DNA of 64,000 nucleotides from Takakia lepidozioides (Eukaryota > Plantae > Bryophyta). Position 1 is the stretch's first letter. Each line of letters starts with the position of its first letter. Location of the stretch: contig CM060732.1 in NCBI GenBank assembly GCA_030704615.1, positions 7,750,001 to 7,814,000 on the forward strand, in the 5' to 3' direction. The notes under the pieces are model-generated. The model ran no database searches. It was not told the DNA's origin and saw nothing but the letters and a program-made list of their open reading frames with translations. The position numbers and the translations under genes were made by a program. Below are positions 48,545 through 61,470 of this stretch, piece after piece.

Positions 48545-51500
48545 TGCCAACAATCTTTGAGATGAATTTGGTGGAGGTCTGGCAGTCACCACACACTCGA
48601 AGATTCTTGATGAGACGGAGAGGCGTCCTAGGGGTTGTGCTGATCAGCCCAAAACCAATGGCCAGCTTCTCACTGTGGTGGCAAAGAGAAAATTCATTTT
48701 CCTCCTCCCCCACATCATGCAATACAAAGCGCATGTCAGGCACATACCCTGCCTCCTTCATCTTCCCAGACAATCTTCTCACCCACCGACCTAGTTCTTA
48801 AAAGTCCAAACCTGAACCAAAGACGTTCCCAGATTGTTCAGAAGACAGCATACAGATCCACACATCTTCAAGTCACAAAAGAAGGCAACCTGCTCATAAC
48901 AGTTGACAAGCCATTGAAGGCCCTTTAGCTGATACTCCTTCAGACTGCCATTAAACAGTTTTGGCTGCTGCACTGAGGAAGTTGTTGGCATTGTTGAACT
49001 GCATAAGGGAAATGAATATTAGTTTTCCTCTGTAAGGACTTCATGAGAATGTATACTGACTTACTAACTTCACTATATAGATATTAGTGAAGAAGCAGAG
49101 CAAACGGTGATAAGACAGGCAAATTTTCGAACAGTAGCACTGCTACTACTGCAAATGTAAAACTAATTGGAGATGGACTGAATGCGAACACTTCCATCAT
49201 GTGGATCCTTAGTCCAAAGAGCTCCCATCTCCATTCACTTGTAAACAGACTATCCAAATACAAGTGCCCCAATTGGGATGGCCTCCGGGGACAGGTCTGT
49301 TGGCAAACCAGCCATCTTGTTCTACATAAAATGGCTGTAGAGCTCAGTTTGTGTAAGAAGGAAGTTGAGACGTTGTTGTTGCCTCTTCGCCTCCCGAAGC
49401 TCTTCTTCACGCTTGAGGGCATCAGCAGCATCCTTCTCCTTTTTCCGCAGTTCTGCCTATCATTGCCCAACCCCAAACCAACTTACAAACCCATGGATAT
49501 AGCTGTTGATCAATTCTAATTAACAGTTGATTTTGCTTCAGACAGACCCTCTCGCCTGGGTTGAGTATCCTTGTAGAGTGTAAAACAAATTGTAATATTT
49601 TGAAGCAACACTGTTCAATAAGTGCTCAAAAGCTGAAGCCCAACAGGCAAGTCTACTTGACAAGATGTCATGCTGTGAAATGTAGCCAACTTATGAAGGG
49701 TTGCCCCCTACTGACCAGGAGAGCAGTCAACCAAACATTAACCTGGTCAACCGAGTATATGCTGTGCAAACTACCTTCTTCATTTATCATCAGTGAGTAA
49801 AACAATCAAAACAGCCGAGCCCCAATTCACCAACACCAATTTCAACCAACTACATTGGCATACATATACAAACAGAAACTATACTCTGCAATTCCTCTCG
49901 CCCATACCTGCTCTTTATCCCACTTCTTCCAGAGAATAACCATATCCCGGGCCAGCCTTCGGGTGTGCATTGGTGCACCCTTAATTATTTTCATTTTCCT
50001 CCTCCCCCACATCATGCAATACAAAGCGCGTGTCAGGCACATACCCTGCCTCCTTCATCTCCCCAGACAATCTTCTCAGCTCAGCATGGATTTCCTTAAT
50101 TTTGGGATGCAACTTGTCATCTACGACAAAGGTATGCACCCTGTTGCCAACCTCAATGCAGCAGCGACCTGGCTCCTTTCTAACCCCTCTGACCTTCATC
50201 ATTCTTATCACCTTTGCAGTATCATCCCACCTGCCAGCTGCAGCTGTCATCTCCACATTGCCATGGATTCTACAGGCACCAAGCAAGGCCTTCCACACCA
50301 CAACATCTGGATTGATTGGCATTTTATTAATCAGGTCCACTGCCTCATCCAGTTGTCCCGCACGTCCAAGAAGGTCCACCATGCAGCCAAAGTGCTTTAC
50401 TGTCGGAGTGACACCATGATCTTGACTCAGGGAATCGAAGTAGCGTCTTCCTTCATTGAGTAGGCCAGTGTGGCTGCATGCAGAGAGAACACATATAAAG
50501 GTGATACTTCCCGGCTTCAAGCCGTTCTTTTCCATTCCTTCAAATAGTTGCAGGACCTCCGTATGACAACCATGCTGGGCATATCCTGCGATCATCGCAT
50601 TCCATGACACCACATTTCGTTCAGCCATATTGTCAAATACTCCCTTTGCATCCTCAATGCACCCACATTTCGCATACATGTCCATCAGGTCAGTGTCCAG
50701 AATGACATGTGGTACAATTCCAGCTTTGATGATGTCACCATGGACCTCTTTGCCCTTTTCCAGGGCTGCCAGGCTTGCCCAAGCATTACAAACGCACACA
50801 AACGTGATGTGGTGGCACTTCACCCCTTCCCCCATCATTTGCTCATAGGTTTCCAAGGCCTTCGTCCCGCGCCCCTGCTGTGCTGCAAGCATCGCGTTCC
50901 ACGACACCAAATCTCGTTCAGCCATATTGTTGAACACTCCCACCGCATCCTCAATGCTCCCACATTTGGCATATATGTCCACGAGGGTATTATTCAGAAT
51001 CACATCTGGTACAATTCCAGCTTTGGTGATGCAACCATGCACCTCTTTGCCCTTTTCCAGGGCTGCCAGGCTTGCACACGCACTGCAAACGCACACAAAC
51101 GTGATGTGGTCAGGCTTCACCCCTTCCACCATCATTTGCTCATAGGTCTCCAAAGCCTCCATCCCGCGCCCCTGATGTGCATACCCTGCAAGCATCGCGT
51201 TCCACGACACCACATCTCGTTCAGCCATAGTGTTGAACACTCCTTTCGCATCCTCAATGCTCCCACATTTGGCATACATGTCCACCAGAGCAGTGTTCAG
51301 TGTTTCCTGCTCCTTCAGTTCCCACACCGTTGCTGTGCATATCCTGCAATCATCGCACTCCACGACACCACATCTTGTTCAGCCATACTGTCGAACACTC
51401 CCTTCATACATGTCCATGAGGGTATTGGTACAATTGCAGCTCTGACAATGTCGCCATGCACCTCTTCACCCTTTTCCAGAGCTGCCAGGCTTGCACACGC

Positions 51501-52086
51501 ATTGCAAATGCATGTGAAACATGATGTGGTCGGGCTTCACCCCTTCCCCCATCATTTGATCATAGTTTTCCAAGGCCTCCATACCACGCCCCTGCTGTGC
51601 ATACCCTGCACGCACCGTGTTCCACGTGATCAAAGATCGTTGAGGCATTCTGTTGAACAGTTGGTGAGCATCCATGATGCTCCCGCACTTAACATACATG
51701 TTGACGAGGGTGTTGAGTAGAAAAATATTTGGCGTGAATCCACTTTGGATAATGTGAGTGTGCATCTGCTTTCCAGCTTCCAGACCTTCCATCCTGATGC
51801 ACTTAAGCAAGAGACAGACATACGTATCTGAATCTGCTGAAATGCCTCCTTGGTTTAAAGTCTGTAGAGCCTCTGTCAGTCTGCCTGCCGCACAAAGCAT
51901 CTTCACATGCCCAGAAGTGCCAGAAGAGGCATTGTGGACTCCCTCTCTTGATCCTCTTTCAGAAGCTGTGGTAATGCTTGAGGTGCCTGATTTTATCAAC
52001 TGTGCCGCTGCAGCTGCTGCCTTTAGTTGACCATCTACCCATGCAGGTTTCTTGTAGCTATTGATCCACAAGGAATCATAGGTCAT
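48545..52086 (-). pseudogene. PLS-E-DYW PPR RNA-editing factor, disrupted (copy 1)
   Basis: P/L/S repeats (VDMYAKCG, VVSWNAM, KPDHITFVCV), E/E+ (KEPGRCCIEV) and DYW HSEKLA...CGDC at 48782-48545; frameshifts; DYW end lost; INO80 segment inserted. Confidence 0.9.
48890..49985 (-). pseudogene. INO80: INO80 chromatin-remodeller fragment (DBINO and pre-helicase exons, introns retained)
   Basis: Exons ~49985-49908 (RRLARDMVILWKKWDKEQ), 49456- (EEELREAKRQQQRLNFLLTQTELYSHFM*), 48998-48890 ([25 protein letters not shown]). Confidence 0.88.
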
Positions 52087-52883
52087 CTGGAGCTTGAAGT
52101 CCAGCCCTCTTGGATGAATCTGGATCCAAACTCTATCCCTGCTCCTTCAGCTATCCATGCCTCTGTACAAATCATGCATACATCCTTGCTTTGCTGCTAG
52201 CAGCTGACAATGACAGCCTAGATTTGTTCTAGGAAACACCCAACTCAACTTATCACACTAGTTCCTATGCTCAATTGCATCTGCTACTCTTTGTAATCCA
52301 ACAGGCATTTACCTTTTTGCCTCGATTGTCCCACCATTAACAGGGGTCAGAAAATTATTCATTCCACAGCTTCTCCTCGTCTCTGTTACCTGTTTCTGGA
52401 TACTTTCCTGTTGTCACATTGGCAGTATCATGTCAGTCACTCCAAACTAGAAGGTTCAGTCAACCAGCTAACTTGCAGAATTCAACATGAAAATTTAGGG
52501 CTGATTCTGATAAGAGGGAAAAACAGGGTGAAATGTGTTGAAGAAGGTGCCTTCATTAGCAGTGCCTGATTTTATCAATTGTGCCGCTGCTGCTGCGGCT
52601 TCCAGTTGACCATCTGTTTCTTGTAGCTGTCCTTCCACAGGGAATCATAGGTAATCTGGAGCTTGAAATCTGGCCCTCTTGGATGAATCTGGACCCACAC
52701 TCTATCCCTGCTCCTTCAGCTCTCTATGCCTCTGCACAAATCATGCATACATCCTTGCCTTGCTGCTAGCAGCTGAAAATGACAGCCTAGAATTGTTCCA
52801 GCAAACACCCCAACCCTACTTATCGCACTAGTTCCTATACTGACTTGCGTCTGCTTCCAACAGGCATTCACCTTTTTGCCTGT

Positions 52884-53513
52884 CTATTGTTCCACCATTG
52901 ACTGGGGTCGGGATATCCATCCCTGCTCTCTAGAAGCATAAATTGCCACAAGCTTTGCATTGGCCTTTCCATCTTCTGCACGGACCTGCTGCAATTCTGC
53001 CACACGGCTTTCTGACTCTGCTACCCTTTTGAAGAAATAGCCCCTCTGAGCATCAGCCTCCACCACCATTTTCTTGAGTTCTTCTCTCTCCACTGCCCAC
53101 GCTGCCTCGGCCGCTGCCTGAGCCGCGACTTTCTCAGCCACCCTTGCTTCGGCGCTTGTTGCACGTTTCGAAAGCTCAATCCTTTCTCGCTGAAAAGCTG
53201 CTTCTAAGGCTCCCTTCTCTCTCATTCTGTCTTCAAGTGTCTGTGTCTTGAATGCTAGACCCCGCAAACGCTCCATAGCTTCTTTCAGCATCACTTCCAG
53301 TGTCATTCGCCTGAGCCACCATTTGGAACGTTGCTTCGGCGCTTGTTGCACGTTTCGAAAGCTCTGAAAAGCTGCTTCTAAGGCTCCCTTCTCTCTCACT
53401 CTGTCTTCAAGTGTCTGTGTCTTGAATGCTAGACCCCGCAAACGCTCCATAGCTTCTTTCAGCATCACTTCCAGTGCCATTCGCCTGAGCCACCATTTGG
53501 AACGTGAAGCCAC
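52884..53513 (-). pseudogene. Coiled-coil protein fragment with internal tandem duplication
   Basis: RSKWWLRRM.LEVMLKEAMERLRGLAFKTQTLEDR.REKGALEAAFQ occurs twice; heptad-rich; ends in sequence shared with the 52.1-52.9 kb duplication. Confidence 0.5.
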
Positions 53514-55225
53514 AGAATGTCACGTACTGCATATCAGCAATGCAAGCCGCACTGCTTCAGATGAATGTGCATGACTAGAAATTGACATTTGCATGTGTAA
53601 AAACCCCATCCAATAGGGTCAGATTTCCAATTCCCAAATTTAAAATGTATGAGATACCTGCATGCATGAATACTACCAATACAGAATCATTTACAAAACC
53701 ACTGCGGACGACAACTGCACCCATGGCCGAATTTTGTGCAGTACACAACATACCATTTCGCCTAATATAGGAAAGGCTGAGGTCAGACCTTGAAGAACCA
53801 GCCAAAACCCCCAGACTGTGGAAGCGAAGCAGCCTGACGCCCAAAATGCCAGGAGAAAACATACAGGAACCTGCTTACACACCATGGACAGCATCCATGA
53901 TAAAGTCGCGTTGATCCTACAAACTCACGGATAGAAACTTTACAGAGTGGTGTTCCAGGTACAGAGGATGGATTTGGGCGTGCACTCTTGAGACAGGACA
54001 GAATTAGGGCAGGACAGTGACACAGAAGTCACATGCCCATGAGGCATTCCACTCTTATTACCCAAATTCAAGTGCTATCTTGGCATGATTTAGTTGATGT
54101 TCCAAACACAAATCTTTCTCATTTAGTCAAATTTGGTATGGTCTGTATATGCTAAAACCCAGGCACTACATACATGTGAAAAGACAGCACCTTGACAAAT
54201 GAGGGTTCTGCTTGTCTGGTGGGATTTTGTCAAAACTCCGGTAAGCCACTAAGTCCAGCAGTTACCTAAGACAGAAAAAGAAACAAACTGGAAAGGTGCT
54301 CAACGAAAAGCAGGAAGTATGAACAAGTTAAGAGGCAGAGGCGCTCTTCCAGCACAGATGTGCACAGAGGGTGTGGTGTGAATGCAGATCAAGCAACAAA
54401 ATTCCGTGACAACTGAGAATTAAGCTTTTTAAGAGATCAACTGAGAATTTCCGGTCAACTATTGATCGATCCAGGAGCACCCTGACCTTGTACACAGCCT
54501 GGATGGTTTCTTTTAAGGAAGCATATTCAAGTGATTTCTGCTCTCATTGTCCAATTCTCCATCAGGATGTGTTGAGCAGGCAACATTAGGAACCTCCATA
54601 TTACACTTATATGCATGCTAACGGCCAATTGGCATCTCACATTCCACCAAATATGCTCCTTATGTGAAACAACATGCTTTTCTGCCATCAACCAGACTAG
54701 ATTGGCATAGTCTTAAACTCACAAGCTGTTTTGCCGATAGGCAAATGCATGATGATTGACTGCATTCTGCTATTCCAGAGCTTCTCCTCGTCTCTGTTAT
54801 CTGTTTTTCGATACTTTCCTGTTGTCACATTGGCAGTAACATGTCAAAATCACTCCAAAACCACCATAGATCCACCAACGAGCTAACTTGCAGAATTCAA
54901 CATGAAAATTTAAGGACGACTCTGATAACAGGCATCTCAGGGCCGAGTCTGATGAGAGGCAAAACAGGCTGAAATAGGTCGAAGAAGAAGGTGCCGTCAC
55001 CAAATTGCGTGAAACCCCTCCGCGCTCAAGGATGCCGAGTATCGTCATCTCTTCCTCGCGCTGCAATGACATTTTCGGGCAGTACGGGCAGGTCCGACGA
55101 AAATTGACGACGACGATGACGTGGCGACGATGACGAGGCACTATGGCACCCTATTCCTGCTCTACGCTAAACTAGCTTCCGACCTTCTGTCATCGCTAGA
55201 ATTAATAGCATTCAAGTCCCAATTA

Positions 55226-55905
55226 CCGTAGTGGGAAGGCTGATCCGGCACTAAATAATTAGAAATGAATCTGCCTAATAATTAAGTGATAATTTACGAA
55301 AAACTGCCGAAATTCTAGAAACTTTACAAAAAAATGCCTAAAATCTCAAACAAACTCCAAATGCATGTTTCAAGGCATAAAGCTCTAGGAAAATATTTTC
55401 CTTAGCTCTGAGAAATCCTAGAATAATTGGCTGAACAATCACTGCATTTGATGATTGACCAGATGTTCTCATGGCTCTTAACAACCCACATAATTTGATT
55501 TTTTTTGTTTGGTTTTTTTTTTTGAAAAAAAGAAACACGTGGGAGCGCCAGCTCACAAGCCCCTTAGTAGTGAGAGGAGAAAATAACCTCTTTTATTTAT
55601 GCGCATGGAGGCGAATGAGTGGGACACCGCCCAGGAACCATATACCACCCGTCAGTAGCAAGATTTGACCCCGGAACCATCTGGGTGGCACTCAGTGCAC
55701 TTAACCATCTAAGCTAGTGACTGTTGGTACATAATGGTACAGTAGATAGAGCAAGTTCATGCAGGGAGTCACCGCCGAATTACTTAAAATCTCATCGTGG
55801 CATTGCCGTAAAATCTAGAAATTTCCTTAAGTTGTGCCCAAGTGTTTTGTTGTAAAGAAATTAAATATTCGGCACTTCACTGTAGGATCAGCCTTCCCAC
55901 TACGG
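55226..55905. mobile_element. Tc1/mariner-type MITE
   Basis: Perfect 21-bp TIR CCGTAGTGGGAAGGCTGATCC (55226-55246, 55885-55905) flanked by TA on both sides. Confidence 0.9.
55553..55729 (-). mobile_element. tRNA-derived SINE-like element nested in the MITE
   Basis: A-box TAGCTTAGATGG (55716-55705), B-box-like GGGTCAAATC; homologous to the 42.7-kb copy. Confidence 0.55.
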
Positions 55906-56664
55906 TAGTAAAACTTCTCAAGAAGCACCATCTCCAAACATATCTTCCATGTCTATCTGAACTAGGGCTTCGCGTTGCTCCGCACTACTAGCGAAGAATT
56001 CTGAGAATTATGTTCAATTTTTCACAAAAAAAGGGTGGGTCATCCCCACCGTGTTTTGTTTTTTCCTGGAAGTAAAATTGCGGATCTGCATTTCAATGTT
56101 CAATTTTCACAAGCCGCATCAATCAATAACAACTTACCCAAATACCCTTACATTCGCTATAAGAACTTTCAAGCATCCACCATGGGATTGGATCTTGGTG
56201 GGTTAAGGCTAGCTTTTGACAATATTCATGCAAGTTCGTCAAGGGCTCCATCCAAAGCCACACCACGAGAAACAAACAAACATGTCCAAATTTAAGATGC
56301 TGAACAAACTTGTGCACAGGGCTGCCCCTCTCATCAAGCTCATTAAAATTCGTATTCACTTCCATCTTCAAGCTTTGGAGAAGCTCCACCACCCAAACCC
56401 AGAATTAGGACAGCACTCTGATTTCCATCCACTATCACCAGAATCAGTCAAAAATCACCCCTTCAGTCAAGTGCAATTATGGGCTGATTTCCCACCTATG
56501 TCGGGTAGACCCCACTATCATTTCCTGTGGATTTATGGCACAGGAAATGCACTCAACAGTACATCATGGTCAATACTTTCGAGAAATGGTGGATGGTGTG
56601 AGTAGCTACATCACAGATCAATGAATGAAGCAAGACACTCGCATCTTTCCAAGAAGACATCCTT

Positions 56665-58766
56665 TCACCAGTAATCACCACAAGAACAAATTCCATCTTT
56701 AAAGTGGTGAAAGCAGTTAGCGTCCCGTACAACAATTGCTCGGCCAACAATCTTTGAGATGAATTTAGTGGAGGTGTGGCAGTCACCACACACTCGAAGA
56801 TGCTTGATGAGACGGAGAGGCGTCCTAGGGGTCATGCTGATCAGCCCAAAACCAATGGCCAGCTTCTCACTGTGGTGGCAAAGAGAAAATTCATTTTCCT
56901 CCTCCCCACATCATGCAATACAAAATGTCTGTCAGGCACATACCCCGCCTCCTTCATCTTCCCAGACAATCTTCTCAGCTCAGCATGGATTTCCTTAATT
57001 CTGGGATGCAACTTGTCATCTACAACGAAGGTGTGCAACCTGTTGCAAACCTCAATGCAGCAGCGACCTGGCTCCTTTTCAACCCCTCTGACCTTCATCA
57101 TTCTTCTCACCTTTACAGTATCAACCCACCTGCCAGCTTCAGCATAGATGTTTGATAGCAACATAAGTCGCGGCATCCCGTTCATTCCACTTGAGGATAG
57201 ATGTTGCCGCACGTTCAGCCATCTCTACATTGTCATGGATTCTACAGGCACTAAACAAGGCCTTCCATACCACAACATCTGGATTGATTGGCATTTTATT
57301 AATCAGGTCCACTACCTCATCCAGTTGTCCCGCACGTCCAAGAAGGTCCACCATGCAGCCAAAGTGCTATATTGTCGGACTGACACCATGATCTTGAATC
57401 AGGGAATCGAAGTAACGTCTTCCTTCATTCAGAAGGTCAGTGTGGCTGCATGCAGAGAGAACACATACTGCTGCTTCAAGCTGTTCTTTTGCATTCCTTC
57501 AAATAGTTGCAGGACCTCCCTATGACAACCATGTTGTGCATATCCTACGATCATTGCATTCCACGACACCACATCTCATTCAGCCATATTGTTGAACACT
57601 CCCTTTGCATCCTCCATGCACCCACATTTGGCATACATGTCCACCAAGGCAGTGTTCAGGATCACATCTGGTACAATTCCAGCTCTGACGATGTCGCCAT
57701 GCACCTCTTCGCCCTTTTCCAGGGCTGCCAGGCTTGCACATACACTGCAAACGCACACAAATGTGATGTGGTCGGGCTTCACCCCGTCGCACATCATTTG
57801 CTCATAGGTCTCCAAAACCTCCATCCCACGTCCCTGTTGTGCATACCCTGCAAGCACCGCACTCCACGACACCACACCTCGTTCAGCCATAGTGTCGAAC
57901 ACTCCCTTTGCATCCTAGATGCACCCACATTTTACAAACATGTCCACCAGGATATTGTTCAGAATGACAGCTGGTACAATTCCAGCTCTGAAGATGTCGC
58001 CATGGACCTCTTTCCCCTTTTCCAGAGCTGCCAAGGCAGTGTTTAGAATGACATTTGGTACAATTCCAGCTTTAATGATATCCCCATGCACCTCTTTGCC
58101 CTTCTCTAGGGCTGCCAGGCTTGCACGACGCCACATCTTGTTCAGCCATAGTGTTGAACGCTCCCATTGCGTCCTAGATGCACCCACATTTTGCAAACAT
58201 GTCCACCAGGGTATTGTTCAGAATGAAATCTGGTACAATTCCAGCTCTAAAGATGCCGCCATGGACCTCTTTCCCCTTCTCCAGAGCTGCCAGGGCAATG
58301 TTCAGAATGACGTTTGGTACAATTCCAGCTTTGATGATATCCCCATGCACCTCTTTGCCCTTCTCCAGGGCTGCCAGGCTTGCACAAGCATTGCAAATGC
58401 ACACAAACATGATGTGCTTCCCCCATCATTTGCTCATAGGTCTCCAAAGCCTCCATCCCACGTCCCTGTTGTGCATACCCTGCAAGCATCACACTCCACA
58501 ACACCACATCTTGTTCAGCCATAGTGTCGAACACTCCCTTTGCATCCTAGATGCACCCACATTTTGCATACATGTCCACTAGGGCAGTGTTCAGAATGAC
58601 ATTTGCTACAATTCCAGCTCTGACAATGTCGCCATGGACCTCTTTGCCCTCTTCCAGAGTTGCCAGGGCAGTGTTCAGAATGACGTTTGGTGCAATTCCA
58701 GCTTTGATGATGACTCCATGCACCTCTTTGCCCTTTTCCAGCGCTGCCAGGCTTGCACAAGCATTG
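56665..58766 (-). pseudogene. PLS-E-DYW PPR gene, frameshifted (copy 2), with complete DYW end
   Basis: Internally duplicated L/S half-repeats; E domain; [10 protein letters not shown]...VCGDCH...[15 protein letters not shown] ending at 56665. Confidence 0.9.
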
Positions 58767-59664
58767 GAGATTCCTCTAGCAAATCGCTCAGGGTTGAATT
58801 CAAGGGCATCCTCACCCCACAGCTGTGGATCGTGATGCATTTGGACTTGGTTGGTGATAATAGTAAGTCCTTTTGGGATGAGCAGATTGCCCAACCAAAG
58901 GTCTTTTGCAGCCTGTCGAGACAGATGTGGAATAGGAGGGTAAAGCCGCATAGATTCATTCAACACCATTCCAACCTGCAGACAACAGAGTCATGCTCAT
59001 GTCAATTAAATAACAAGACTCCAGAACTCAAGCCTTCACGAGGATGCCAACGAACAGCCGAGTGCAATACTGTTGCTAATCCAGTTTCAGATTACCAATT
59101 GAATGCACTGACGTCATTTGTGAAATAGTGTACACCAAAACAACAAATCAGTCCCTAGTCTTGTATACAATGTAGAGGGCAACATAGAGAGAGCAAACCT
59201 TGATGGCTTGATAGGCGAAAGAGAATCTAGACACTTGCTCAAGATGGTTTGATATTTGAGGCTCAGAACTCACAAGTTTCAGCTTGCCGAGTTTCTGGCT
59301 ATCAGGAGACGCGCCTTTGCAAACCTCCTGCACTTCTCTACGCAGACAATCTTGCCACTCGGGATATACCGACAGCAACATCAAAGTACATGTCAGAGAA
59401 ACCGCGCTGGTTTCATGGCCAGCAAAGAAGAAGGTCTTGCACTCATCTACCACCTGCTGGTTTGTGAGTCGGGCTTGTGTAGGATTGGCCTGCTGGTTGT
59501 CCCGGGGGTTGTCCTCACTCACAGACAACATTATACCTAGCAGATCATTTCCAAATTCGACAAGAATCACAGAGTCACGTCGGGCTTGGATGATCTCTCT
59601 GAGACCCTTTGTAATCTCGTTTTCTGCTTTCCACAGTGCTCGATTTTTTGGAACAGGAAAGAAC
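58757..59664 (-). pseudogene. Cytochrome P450 fragment, CYP72 clan
   Basis: Exons 59664-59274 (DECKTFFFAGHETS...PEWQ) and 58975-~58757 (ESMRLYPP, FNPERF); heme-binding FxxGxRxC missing. Confidence 0.9.
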
Positions 59665-60384
59665 CTACAAATGTACCCAAAGAACACTTCAAAACAAGTA
59701 GCTTGGCAAAGAGAGAGGTTACGATACTAAGCTTAAAATTGAATTGCCCTAACATGAGCAGAAGTAATCGCTTTTCAACTACTTTCTGGAACTTCCGATG
59801 GATAGCTTAAGACATAATTTGAAGATAATGGGTTCCATTTGGATTTCGACATTTATACGGAGAGACAGATGAGCATCATGCTTGAAGTGGTCTTGAGACA
59901 TCACACGACATCAAGGCCACTTTAATGCAAACCTTATCTGGCTTGTTTCTTCAGTCATGGGTAGCATCCACCCTCTGAGAGTAGGCCAACCACTCACCAA
60001 AGCATATTGTCTTTTGTCGGACTCATCACACCCATACATGCTGACTGCTCAATAGTTCCCTACGCCCAGTTTGGGTAGAACAAGAGGGAACAGACGCTAC
60101 CTTTTGGTATAAACAGCTTTCCAGGTTCTCCTAGAAATCCCTTCACATGAGCATCAATCTGCTGTGTGTGAGCTGCCCAGCAATTAGACCCCAACAAGGG
60201 CCAGGGAAGACACACAGAGTGTGAGAAAGACTAGTGCATTTGTTGACTTTTTTGGCTTTTTCAAACTTCTGAGGTGTTCCCTGAAGAGGTTTTCTACTAG
60301 AGTTTGATCTAGCACCTTGCCCCATAAGGAAAGATAGAACAAAAAAACTCAAATAATCCACTCAAGTCATCACTGCAAATCATC

Positions 60385-60387
<3 letters not shown>

Positions 60388-60430
<43 letters not shown>
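60388..60430. repeat. (GA)n microsatellite
   Basis: Uninterrupted GA run. Confidence 0.95.
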
Positions 60431-60432
<2 letters not shown>

Positions 60433-60440
60433 CATACACA

Positions 60441-60575
60441 CCTGCAAGTGCAGCTCTCAAGGGCTCACAAAACTCGGTGAGGTCCAGCTCCTCAACAGCT
60501 TTGAGCACATCCTCAGCATTGATGGTTTGTCGCTTTGATTCACGACATATTTCATTTGTTATGTTACAGCAGATA
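60441..60575 (-). pseudogene. Histone-fold exon fragment, DPB4/NF-YB11-like
   Basis: NEICRESKRQTINAEDVLKAVEELDLTEFCEPLRAALAG followed by a GT donor. Confidence 0.7.
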
Positions 60576-61470
60576 CCATCCCTGGTGTGTTCATTGGTCC
60601 ATCATTTCCTTCCCTTCCCCTCCTCTCTTTCCCTCTTTTCCTCTCTTTTCGAATCATAGTTAATCTGGAGCTTGAAATCCGGCCCTTTTGGATGAATCCG
60701 GACCCACACTTGATCCCTGCTCCTTCAGCTATCCATGCCTGTGCTTGCAAGGTGAACGATGGCGGAAAACGCGGAGCACCTGTAGTTCAAGAAGATCAAG
60801 ATCCGGGCATTGCGGGCAGTTCCAAAAACGTTGGCGCGGCGATTTCTATTGGCCTATTTCGCGCGGGCCGTCCGGGAAGATTCCAAAGAAATTGACGACG
60901 ACAATGACCTGGCTACGATGACGTGGCGACGATGATGTGGCACTATGGCACCCTATTCCTGCTCTACGCTAAACTAGCTTCTGACCTCGGTCGTCGCTAG
61001 AATCTGTGACTTACTTGACAAGGATGATAGCATTCATCTTCATTTCTCAATCATTCATCTCGCTTAGTATGTTCCATTCATGTAGTCATCTCTTTTATCG
61101 TTAAAAAACAAGCGTACCAAAGAAATCTGCCACGTATCCTCAAACGGCCATGTAAATCCTTGAGTTTCTGCGAGCACCCTTTGACTAGGCGGGCGGATGT
61201 GTACTGCTCTCGTACACAGAAACCCTCACCGAGTTGATTCTATGCTAGTGATTCGGTGATATATATCAGGCGGTTTGGGAGTTGGGTTTCGAGATTATCT
61301 GAAAAGGATGATCCAACATGGTTTTGGGACAAGGGAGATGGATTGCTGGTTCCTGATTAGGGTTTTGAGGGTCCGAGGGAGAGTGTTGAGATGAGAGCAT
61401 CTTGCAGAGCTGCCTTTGTTACTTGGGGGTGATTCACAGAAGGTAGGAAGATTGATTTGAAGTGTGAGAC

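Larger units (their letters stand above)
42391..55200 (-). mobile_element. Helitron-like gene-fragment carrier, unit 1
   Basis: Minus-strand 3' end TAGTGCGGAGCAACGCGAAGCCCTGG|T (CTRR); ~90-100-bp terminal segments shared with unit 2; captured fragments all on minus. Hairpin weak, 5' boundary tentative. Confidence 0.5.
55962..61001 (-). mobile_element. Helitron-like gene-fragment carrier, unit 2
   Basis: 3' end ...GCGGAGCAACGCGAAGCCCTAG|T at 55962; 60890-61003 matches 55100-55202; contains DPB4, P450 and PPR-DYW pieces, all on minus. Confidence 0.5.

Noticed and set aside
50707-51720. 337-aa His-rich plus-strand ORF
   Set aside because: Antisense shadow of the PPR repeats.
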